Assembly: GCA_016214785.1 (NCBI GenBank)
Contig: JACRNV010000056.1
Span: 6,843 to 70,842 of the forward strand
DNA: 64,000 nucleotides
Direction: 5' to 3'
DNA from: Methanobacteriota archaeon
GTDB taxonomy: Archaea > Thermoplasmatota > Thermoplasmata > SG8-5 > JACRNV01
Of the stretch, positions 57,443-64,000 are shown in pieces (the first letter of the stretch is position 1; each line of letters opens with the position of its first letter). The position numbers and the translations under genes were made by a program. The notes under the pieces are model-generated. The model was given only the letters and a program-made list of their open reading frames with translations, did no database searches and was not told where the DNA came from.

Positions 57443-59146
57443 ATGCTCGAGCTTGGAGAGAGGCACTGGCTGGCCAAGGCCGCCACATGGGATTTTGGCG
57501 AGGCGAAAATAGAGCTGCCGAACGTCGCTTATTTTACGTCGCCCGGCGTCAAGCCGCCGGAGTATGCGGTGCTGACCTGCGGGCCCGGCGGCGCTCTGTC
57601 GCACTCCGGCTCGACGCTCTCTCCGGACGGACTGTACGAAGGCATGCTGCCGCCCTTCTCCCCCATGCCGCTCCTGCGCGAGGACGGCGCGGCGATAGAT
57701 GCGAAGGGGAGCGTTTGCCTCTTGCAAGGCAAGGGCTGGCCCGACGGCCCGCTGCCCGACGCGGAGCTTTATGTCCTAGTGAATGCCGCCGAGCTCTGGA
57801 AGCGCCCGCGCGAGCTTGCGCGGAGGCTCGCGCGCTTCAGCGACCTCGCGCCCTGCGAATCGGCGCTGTACGCTCCGGGCTGCGCGACGCCGGCGAACCT
57901 CGCGCTCCTTCTGTACTGCGGCGTGGGGCTCGTCGACGACACGCTCGCGCACGTCGCCGCCGCCTCGGGCATCTCGATGGGGCACGAGGGGAGCCTCCCG
58001 TCCGAGGAGAGCATGGACGACCTGCTCGCGCACAACCGGCGCGAGCTGCATTCGGAGTTGAAAAAGGCATTGCGCTACATGAAGATGGGCCGCCTGCGCG
58101 AGTACGCCGAGTACAAGGCCGGCGCCGGCCCGCTGTCGTGCGCGCTCCTGAGGCACGTGGACCTGCGCCACTACGGGAGCGTGGAGGCGCACGTCCCGCT
58201 CGAAGGGCCTAAGTTCAGGGCGAACACCAGGGCGTCGCTCACGAGGCCCGACGTCGTGCGCTGGCACGAGCGCATCATGGAGCGCTACAGGCCGCCCGAG
58301 GCGGCGAAAATACTACTCCTAATCCCGTGCTCGGCGAGGAAGCCCTACTCGCTCTCGCGCACCCACGCGCTCTTCCGCTCGGCAATCCAGAGGAGCGGCG
58401 CTGGTGGCGTCGTGCACGAGGTCATCGTAACGTCGCCGCTCGGGGCCGTGCCCAGGGAGCTGGAGTCGTTCTACCCCGCGCGCCACTACGACATCCCCGT
58501 AACCGGGGACTGGGACAGGGAGGAGCGGCACCGCGCTCTTGCTCTCGTCGAACACATCGTCAAAGTCGGCAGCTATTCTAAAATCGTCATGCACCTCGAC
58601 GTCGAGGCAGAGTTTTTCAGAGCGCTCGATGCCGACGCCTCGACGGGAGGAGAGGATGCCACGAGCGCGAAGTCCCTCGACGCGCTGGCAGCCGCCCTGA
58701 AGGAGGCTGCAAAAGGCCTTGAAAGGATTTCATCAAGGCAGAGAGAGGTCGCGGACCTTGCCGGCCTCGCGCGCTTCCAGTTCGGCGAGGCCGGCGATTC
58801 GCTCATGCGTGACTGCACAACGAGGATGGGCAGGGGGCATGTCCAGATTCTGAAGGGCGGCGAGCAGGTCGCGTCCTACCGCGAGGAGAGGGGGATGCTC
58901 TCCCTCGCGCCCGCCGGCGGGAAGATATTGGCGGAGTCGGGCGGGTACTGCGTTAAGATAGACGACTTCGAGCCAAAGGGGACTGTGTTCGTCGGCGGCG
59001 TCCTGGACGCGGACAAAGACATCAGGGCCGGCGACGACGTGGCCATCATGCATGGTACAGAAGTAAGGGCCGTCGGCGTCGCGCGGATGAGCGGGCCGGA
59101 GATGCTGCGCTGCAAGAGGGGCGAGGCCGTCAAGACGCGCAGGTAG
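57443..59146 (+). CDS. Archaeosine-synthase (ArcS)-like tRNA-modification protein with DUF5591-like middle region and C-terminal PUA domain
   Basis: …ILLLIPCSARKPYS…VIVTSPLGAVPREL… and PUA-like …GGYCVKIDDFEPKGTVFVGGVLDADKDIRAGDDVAIMH…. No obvious tRNA-guanine-transglycosylase zinc site was seen. Confidence 0.6.
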   Translation: MLELGERHWLAKAATWDFGEAKIELPNVAYFTSPGVKPPEYAVLTCGPGGALSHSGSTLSPDGLYEGMLPPFSPMPLLREDGAAIDAKGSVCLLQGKGWPDGPLPDAELYVLVNAAELWKRPRELARRLARFSDLAPCESALYAPGCATPANLALLLYCGVGLVDDTLAHVAAASGISMGHEGSLPSEESMDDLLAHNRRELHSELKKALRYMKMGRLREYAEYKAGAGPLSCALLRHVDLRHYGSVEAHVPLEGPKFRANTRASLTRPDVVRWHERIMERYRPPEAAKILLLIPCSARKPYSLSRTHALFRSAIQRSGAGGVVHEVIVTSPLGAVPRELESFYPARHYDIPVTGDWDREERHRALALVEHIVKVGSYSKIVMHLDVEAEFFRALDADASTGGEDATSAKSLDALAAALKEAAKGLERISSRQREVADLAGLARFQFGEAGDSLMRDCTTRMGRGHVQILKGGEQVASYREERGMLSLAPAGGKILAESGGYCVKIDDFEPKGTVFVGGVLDADKDIRAGDDVAIMHGTEVRAVGVARMSGPEMLRCKRGEAVKTRR

Positions 59147-59181
59147 ATGACGAAGGCGCTGAGAATACGCCGAAAGGATTT

Positions 59182-59227
59182 GAGCTACGCCTTACTTCAG
59201 TTCCTTCTCGAATAACTCCTTCGCGAA
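59182..59227 (-). repeat. Partial tandem duplicate of the last ~12 codons of the Rpo11 gene (…FAKELFEKELK*) located 40 nt downstream of the real stop
   Basis: gagctacgccttacttcagttccttctcgaataactccttcgcgaa matches gagctacttcaactccttctcaaaaagctcgcgcgcc (gene 3' end, 59263-59299). Confidence 0.5.
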
Positions 59228-59265
59228 CGACTTGAATGTTATTCCGTCGGAGTTCGCTTGGTGAG

Positions 59266-59541
59266 CTACTTCAACTCCTTCTCAAAAAGCTCGCGCGCCT
59301 CTTTGAACTGGTTGGACAGCGCCTTCAGGGAGCGCTTGAGCGCCGCCTGGGGCTTGCCGCTCTTGACCTCGATGTATATCCACGGCTTGTCCAGGTCCGG
59401 GTGGCCCAGGGAATACTTGGCCTCGGTCACGACATCGTCGAGCAGTAGCTGCGCGATGAGCGGCCTGAACAGTGTCTCGTCCAGGTCGGTGATTTGGACC
59501 CTGATGGAGTCCTTTTCCTTCTCCAGGAGCGTGAACTTCAA
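59266..59541 (-). CDS. rpoL: DNA-directed RNA polymerase subunit L (Rpo11)
   Basis: 91 aa; …LLEKEKDSIRVQITDLDETLFRPLIAQLL…YSLGHPDLDKPWIYIEV…PQAALKRSL… matches the Rpo11/RpoL dimerisation-domain pattern. Confidence 0.72.
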   Translation of the reverse strand: MKFTLLEKEKDSIRVQITDLDETLFRPLIAQLLLDDVVTEAKYSLGHPDLDKPWIYIEVKSGKPQAALKRSLKALSNQFKEARELFEKELK

Positions 59542-59593
59542 GGTATCGTCCTCGCCGGGTGGAAAGCGTCTCTGTTCATATATCTTGTCCCCT

Positions 59594-61312
59594 CTATGCC
59601 TGGGCCCCCCCGCCCATGGCGCTCTTGAAAGTCTCGATGTCTGCCTTGGCGTCCTTGAGCTTGGGCACCACTTCGGAGAACGCCCCCTTCCTCAGGTCTC
59701 CCTTTGCCTCCTTGAGCAGCTTGGACGCGCGTGCTACGTTCGCGCCTGAGAGCCTGAGCTCCTCGGCGGTGTTCTCGAGCGCCGAGAGCTCCTTGAGCAG
59801 CCTGACCTTCAGCGCGTCTGTCAGGGCCTTCTGGCCTTGCAGGATGTAGGTGACGGCCTTCTTGACCTCCTTCCTCGTGCCGTGCGCCACTGCCTCGGAG
59901 ATGAGCCTCTTGCCTTCCGTGACGTCGAGCTCGAGCTCCTTCGCAAGCCCGAGCATGGGCTTCAGCTCCGAAGCGACCGATGACAGGATTCTGTAAAGCT
60001 CTTTCTCGGAGATGTTGTCGAGGTCCTCTATCCTCACGGCCCCGGACGCCGCCTCCTCCTGCGGCTCGCCCTGCGCCGGCGTTTCCGCGGGCTCGGGCGC
60101 GGCCTCGGCCGGCTGCGCCCGTTCGGGCGTTGGCTGGGAGACCTCTTCCGAAATCGCGGTCTGAGCTGGCGCTTCCTCGGGCTGAGCGGGCGCTATACCC
60201 GGCTGCGCCGTTTCGGCGGGCGCGCCCTCGGCGGGGATCGTGAAATCCTTTCCGCAAACGGTGCACGATTTGCCGTCGGCCGTGAGGGGGCCGTTGCATA
60301 CCGTGCAGGCCCTCTCCTCGCCCAGCAGCTCCCTCTCGAAGGCCTTGACCTCCTCGGCCGACGCGCTCGGCACTATGTCCGGCGCCTCGCCGGTGCCGGT
60401 CTTCGGGAGCAGGTCCGTGACTCCCGCGGCGGATATGACGTGCTTGTAGCATTCGCCCGCGCTCTTGCTGTCCCCCATCCGCGTGAAGAGCCCGGCCATG
60501 GCGATCCATGCCGCGTCGTACTTGGGGTCGATCTCGGTGGCCATCTCGTAGGACTTGATTGCCTCGTCATTGCGTCCCATCTTCGCCAGCATGGAGCCGC
60601 GGGCGTACCAGAGGTCGGTGTTCTTGGTGTCCAGCTCAATCATGCGCTCGTAATGGGCCAGCGCCTTCTCCTCGCTCCCCTCCACTTTCGCGTTCTGGAA
60701 CTCCTTGCCGCACTCGAAGCACGAAGTCTCGAAGATGCTGAGGATCGTGCCGCAAATCGGGCAGGCCTGCTCGGCCTCTATGTCGTCGGCGCTGAGCCGC
60801 GTCTTGCGCAGCCCGTCGATGTCGGAAATCTGGAGCGCGCGCTTGATCGACGCCGCCGACCTCTTGCCGATGCCAGGAACGTTCATGAGCTGCTTCACGG
60901 ACGCGGCCTTGAGCTTGCCCAGGTCGGTGAACCCCGCCTCGTAAAGGGCTTTGGCCTTCAGGTTCCCCACGCCGGGCAGCTTGACGAGCTCCTTTATCTC
61001 CTCTGCCACGAGCTCGTCTATCTTCTGCATCGCGGCCTCCTCGTGGTCGGTCTCGTCGGCCCCTTCCTCCGGAGGGGTGGCCCGGGGCTCGGCCCGCTCG
61101 ATGGCCTCTGCCTGCTCCCCATCCTCCTGGAATTCGGCCCCGCAGCCCGGACACACCTTCGCGTTTGCCTCGACGAGCTTGCCGCACATCGGGCAGCCGA
61201 AGGTCTGGTCCTCGTCGCTTAGGACGGTCTTGCAGATGGGACAGAGCATCGCATCGCTGGGAATGTTGCTGCCGCAAACGGGACAACGCATGCTATTTCC
61301 TAAATACGGCAT
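59594..61312 (-). CDS. ~570-aa protein with multiple zinc ribbons, tandem helix-hairpin-helix motifs, TPR repeats, an Ala/Pro/Glu-rich linker and a C-terminal coiled coil
   Basis: Start MPYLGNSMRCPVCGS (alternative MRCP at 61291). CPVCGS…CPICKT, CPMCGK…CPGCGA, CPICGT…CFECGK, CTVCNG…CTVCGK. …LVKLPGVGNLKAKALYEAGF…LMNVPGIGKRSAASIKRAL helix-hairpin-helix. TPR (…WYARGSMLAKMGRNDEAIKSYEMATEIDPKYDAAW…). ORFs in other frames here are GC noise. Confidence 0.75.
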   Translation of the reverse strand: MPYLGNSMRCPVCGSNIPSDAMLCPICKTVLSDEDQTFGCPMCGKLVEANAKVCPGCGAEFQEDGEQAEAIERAEPRATPPEEGADETDHEEAAMQKIDELVAEEIKELVKLPGVGNLKAKALYEAGFTDLGKLKAASVKQLMNVPGIGKRSAASIKRALQISDIDGLRKTRLSADDIEAEQACPICGTILSIFETSCFECGKEFQNAKVEGSEEKALAHYERMIELDTKNTDLWYARGSMLAKMGRNDEAIKSYEMATEIDPKYDAAWIAMAGLFTRMGDSKSAGECYKHVISAAGVTDLLPKTGTGEAPDIVPSASAEEVKAFERELLGEERACTVCNGPLTADGKSCTVCGKDFTIPAEGAPAETAQPGIAPAQPEEAPAQTAISEEVSQPTPERAQPAEAAPEPAETPAQGEPQEEAASGAVRIEDLDNISEKELYRILSSVASELKPMLGLAKELELDVTEGKRLISEAVAHGTRKEVKKAVTYILQGQKALTDALKVRLLKELSALENTAEELRLSGANVARASKLLKEAKGDLRKGAFSEVVPKLKDAKADIETFKSAMGGGAQA

Positions 61313-61443
61313 ATAAGGTAACCAGCATATATTTTTTCTGTCTGGCCTGCGCCATGCAACAATTTGACAGGGTAACGACGGGGGACTGTGAAAATTGGTG
61401 GTGCGAAACCAATTATCTATGCTATCCACAGGGTATGATCTTC

Positions 61444-61494
61444 TATCGCGACGAGAAGACACCGGCAGAGTGATTCCTCGTCGCGGGCACGGAC
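61444..61494. repeat. Conserved-stem hairpin unit 1 (ATCGCGACGAGA-17 nt-TTCCTCGTCGCGGGCACGGACT)
   Basis: 9-bp GC-rich stem CGCGACGAG/CTCGTCGCG with 22-nt loop. The second unit has identical stem and tail but an unrelated loop. Confidence 0.65.
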
Positions 61495-61532
61495 TTGGTG
61501 CGCAAGTCCTACCTTTGCATCTATTTCACTTA

Positions 61533-61583
61533 TATCGCGACGAGAGGATGCTTATAAAATGTTTCCTCGTCGCGGGCACGGAC
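61533..61583. repeat. Conserved-stem hairpin unit 2
   Basis: atcgcgacgagaggatgcttataaaatgtttcctcgtcgcgggcacggact; stems and 3' tail identical to unit 1, loop divergent. Confidence 0.65.
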
Positions 61584-61652
61584 TAATCCTGTGCACTCTT
61601 TCAGATTAGTCCTACCATTTTACTTTGACCTAATTGCACAGAGAAAGTAAAA

Positions 61653-61815
61653 TGGACCCATCGGGATTTGAACCCGAGGCCTCCTGCTGTTTTGGCTCCC
61701 CAACCCCAGTCCGGCGGAATTGGCGAGTGCCAAATCCTTTCCGTGGGGGTCAAGGGGGATTCCCGAGGGAATCCCCTTGCAAAGCAGGCGATCTTCCGGG
61801 CTGATCTATGGGCCC
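61653..61815 (-). tRNA. tRNA-Ala (anticodon TGC) with an 89-nt intron at the canonical 37/38 position (intron ≈ 61689..61777)
   Basis: Exons fold as GGGCCCA-TA-GATC-AGCCCGGAA-GATC-G-CCTGC-TTTGCA^A-GCAGG-AGGCC-TCGGG-TTCAAAT-CCCGA-TGGGTCC-A. The G3:U70 pair is the tRNA-Ala identity element. The intron contains the hairpin GGGGATTCCCTCGGGAATCCCC. A T-rich stretch (TTTTACTTTCT) follows the 3' end. Confidence 0.8.
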
Positions 61816-61886
61816 AGCTTGCGTGGCTATTGAGCGGCGGGATATAATTGTTTCCCTGCAGCGCAGGGCCGAGGATAATCTTTTCT

Positions 61887-64000
61887 ATGTGTGATGTTTT
61901 CGCGCTAAACGGGGGCATCTTGGAGGCTTTCGAATTCAGGGAGCCGCGGTTCGTTGGCAGGACCGCCGAGCTCGATACCCTGACCAGGCATCTAGGCGAA
62001 GCGCTCAGCGGCCGTGGAAGGACGCTCATCGTGACCGGGGAGCCGGGAATGGGCAAGTCCAGGCTCGTCAGGGAGTTCCTTAGGAAACACGGGGAGGAGG
62101 GCGGCTGCCTCGTCATCAACGGGGCGGCTCTTGCCGATTCTGCGCATCCGTTTCAGCTGTTCTCAAGCGCGCTCCGTGAAACGACAGCCGCCCCGCTTTT
62201 CCAAGAGACCGAGTTTGTCTCTTTTTCCACAGTCCTCGCCCTCGATGGCCAAGGGCGTGTCCTGGCATGCGTGACTTCAAAGACAGGCTCCGATTTCGAA
62301 GCTGGAAGGCTTGCGAAGATGATCTCGGGCGTCCAGGACTTCGTCTGCGACTCGTTCTTTAAGCAAACCCCTGAAAAAAAGGGCGGGCTAGACCGGCTCG
62401 AGTACGGCGATGCCAAGGTGCTGATGGAGCGCGGCGACGGCTTTGTCATCTGCGCCCTGTTCAAAGGGGGTGAGAATCCGGAGATGCGAGAGCATCTCAG
62501 GAGGACCGTTCGGGAGATGGAGGCGCTCGGAGGGGGGGAAGGCGGCAGAACAGTATATTCGCTTCAATCGGCATTGACCCATCTCGTCGACCTCAGAATG
62601 AAGGTTCGCCGGGACCTGGAGCGCGTGAACCTCGATGCCGAGAGGAACAGAATCTCAGGGGAAATATTGAAAGCCCTCTCTAGGATCGCCGATGATAAGC
62701 CCCTCATCCTGGCGCTCGAGGACGTCCATTGGGCCGACGAGTCCTCGGCATTCGTCTTCAACTACCTCTGCAGGAACGCCCGCCGCGAGAAGATGTTAGT
62801 GGTGGCGACATCGCGGCCCAGGGAGAATTCCCCCATCCAGGGAGTCGTCCGCGGCCTGCTCGATGACGGAATGCTCACCGAGATAGAGGTCAGGGAGCTT
62901 GGAGTCGGCCTCGCCGCCGACATCGTGAATGACATCTTCCAGGAAAACTCGATACCCCGGTCGTTCATTGAAGAACTGTCGAAACGCTGCGAGGGCAACC
63001 CACTATTCCTGATCGAGACCCTGAGGCAGATGGCCGCGGACGGGGCGATCGCCTCGGGGGGGGAGGGCCACCATCTTGCAAAGGAGGGGTTCGCGATACC
63101 TGGCACCGCCGGGGAGATGGTCAAACGGAGGCTCGAATCGCTCGATCCCGATGCCATGGCCGTCGCCGAGTACGCTTCCTGCATCGGGAGGGTGTTTGAG
63201 GTCAATGCAGCGCTTTCGATACAGAGCATCCGTGATGGCCCATTGGCTCTCAAGCGGCTGCGCGATTCCGGCCTTCTCGTCAAAAGAGGGGGAAAGATGG
63301 AATTCGCCCACGAGCTCTTCCGAGAGGCGATATACGGCGGAATCGGGGAGAGATGGAGGCTCGCGTACCACAGAGCCCTGGGCGAGTACTACGAAAGAGC
63401 GCACGCGGACGACCTTGACGCCGTGCTCTACGATCTGGCCAGTCATTTCTCGAGGAGCGCCTGCCACGAGAAGGCATACGATTACTGCACCAGGGCGGCG
63501 GAGAAGGCGGAGGGCGCTTACGCCCCTGAGCAGGCGATTGCGTTTTTCGAGGCGTCGCTCCGGTCCTTGGGCACGCTCCGAGAGAAGCCCAAGGGGGCGG
63601 ACCCGGGGCGCATCCGCCTCAGGATTGGGCAGGACCTTCAGCTCATCGGCCAGCTGGACAAGGCCGAAGCCTCGTACAGGGCGGTCATCGAGGCATCCTC
63701 TGCGGATGGGGACAAGGGGCTCCTCGCGGACGCCTACTCGGGGCTCGGGAACGTCCTGTGCCACAAGCCAGAATACGAGACGGCGCTCGACTTCTCGCAG
63801 AAGGCGATTGCCATTTATAAAAAGCGCGATGATAACATCGGTGTTTTCAAGGCCATGGGGAGCATCGGCTACGTGCACTACTACCGCGGCGAATACGACA
63901 AGGCGATGGAATGCTTCGATGCCCAGCTCGCCCTGGCCGAGAAGGACGGGGACAAGCTCCGCGTCGGCAGAGCCCTGAGCGACATGGGGGGCATCTACTG
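61887..64000 (+). CDS. STAND-type P-loop NTPase with a Roadblock/LC7-like domain inserted between Walker A and Walker B, followed by C-terminal TPR repeats (Avs-like architecture); 3'-truncated by the window end
   Basis: ATG 61887. …FVGRTAELDTL…TLIVTGEPGMGKSRLV (Walker A). ~150-aa insertion …VLALDGQGRVLACVTSKTG…DAKVLMERGDGFVICALF… (Roadblock-like). LILALEDVHWADESS (Walker B). Then helical/TPR region. No stop before 64000, so it is absent from the ORF track. Alternative-frame ORFs 63003..63878 and 63076..63978 are noise. Confidence 0.75.
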   Translation, partial: MCDVFALNGGILEAFEFREPRFVGRTAELDTLTRHLGEALSGRGRTLIVTGEPGMGKSRLVREFLRKHGEEGGCLVINGAALADSAHPFQLFSSALRETTAAPLFQETEFVSFSTVLALDGQGRVLACVTSKTGSDFEAGRLAKMISGVQDFVCDSFFKQTPEKKGGLDRLEYGDAKVLMERGDGFVICALFKGGENPEMREHLRRTVREMEALGGGEGGRTVYSLQSALTHLVDLRMKVRRDLERVNLDAERNRISGEILKALSRIADDKPLILALEDVHWADESSAFVFNYLCRNARREKMLVVATSRPRENSPIQGVVRGLLDDGMLTEIEVRELGVGLAADIVNDIFQENSIPRSFIEELSKRCEGNPLFLIETLRQMAADGAIASGGEGHHLAKEGFAIPGTAGEMVKRRLESLDPDAMAVAEYASCIGRVFEVNAALSIQSIRDGPLALKRLRDSGLLVKRGGKMEFAHELFREAIYGGIGERWRLAYHRALGEYYERAHADDLDAVLYDLASHFSRSACHEKAYDYCTRAAEKAEGAYAPEQAIAFFEASLRSLGTLREKPKGADPGRIRLRIGQDLQLIGQLDKAEASYRAVIEASSADGDKGLLADAYSGLGNVLCHKPEYETALDFSQKAIAIYKKRDDNIGVFKAMGSIGYVHYYRGEYDKAMECFDAQLALAEKDGDKLRVGRALSDMGGIY

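Noticed and set aside
59538-60509. 323-aa minus ORF (alternative frame) and 60440..61222 plus ORF over the 59594..61312 gene
   Set aside because: The chosen frame contains multiple Cys4 ribbons, helix-hairpin-helix and TPR motifs. The alternative frames do not.
61444-61583. Two-unit hairpin repeat as a mini-CRISPR or C/D-box sRNA
   Set aside because: Only two units. Spacing and repeat structure (stem-loop with variable loop) do not fit CRISPR. No C (RUGAUGA) / D (CUGA) box pairs were seen.
63003-63978. ORFs 63003..63878 (-) and 63076..63978 (+) from the track
   Set aside because: Both lie inside, or in an alternative frame of, the long uninterrupted plus-strand STAND NTPase reading frame (61887 to beyond 64000), which has Walker A/B motifs.

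Overview
This is a 64 kb stretch of a GC-rich (~63%) archaeal chromosome. The archaeal assignment rests on an intron-containing tRNA, RNA polymerase subunit Rpo11/L, deoxyhypusine synthase, archaeosine-synthase-like and PUA domains, and AT-rich TATA-box promoters. Most of the window is native high-GC sequence carrying housekeeping and metabolic genes. It also holds an unusual amount of surface and secreted glycoprotein coding. That includes two tandem ~1,030-aa Kelch-repeat proteins, a 1,159-aa protein with 'TNG' repeats and a PEF-CTERM-like tail, and a CARDB-like surface protein. A ~13.5 kb low-GC (35-42%) island at 31.4-44.9 kb encodes a Wzx flippase, five glycosyltransferases, an FkbM methyltransferase, a polytopic membrane protein and a DUF354 protein, together with a split IS6-family element. 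Mobile and selfish modules are abundant. There are two MNT/HepT toxin-antitoxin pairs and two COG1373/DUF4143 ATPases. A ~90-nt structured repeat occurs three times, bracketing the first ATPase and two small ORFs in a cassette-like layout. Scrambled fragments of a polysaccharide deacetylase gene lie around the second ATPase. Two tRNA genes were found by eye. tRNA-Asn(GTT) is on the minus strand and has a 21-nt partial duplicate of its 5' end. tRNA-Ala(TGC) is on the minus strand and carries an 89-nt canonical-position intron; a ~50-nt copy of that intron's hairpin sits in a palindrome-rich intergenic patch beside tRNA-Asn. The most system-like candidate is a cluster at 48-61.3 kb of zinc-ribbon, coiled-coil, TPR and helix-hairpin-helix proteins. 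It includes two translationally coupled >1,000-aa TPR proteins, one with an N-terminal Mrr-type restriction-endonuclease-fold domain. The cluster is interleaved with deoxyhypusine synthase, an ArcS-like PUA protein and Rpo11, and is followed by a STAND-type NTPase with an inserted Roadblock/LC7-like domain and a C-terminal TPR sensor (Avs-like; runs off the window). A second candidate is a tightly overlapping four-gene membrane operon: a 4-TM protein, a coiled-coil protein, an SPFH/band-7 protein with zinc ribbons, and a double-zinc-ribbon membrane protein. No CRISPR array and no rRNA were found.
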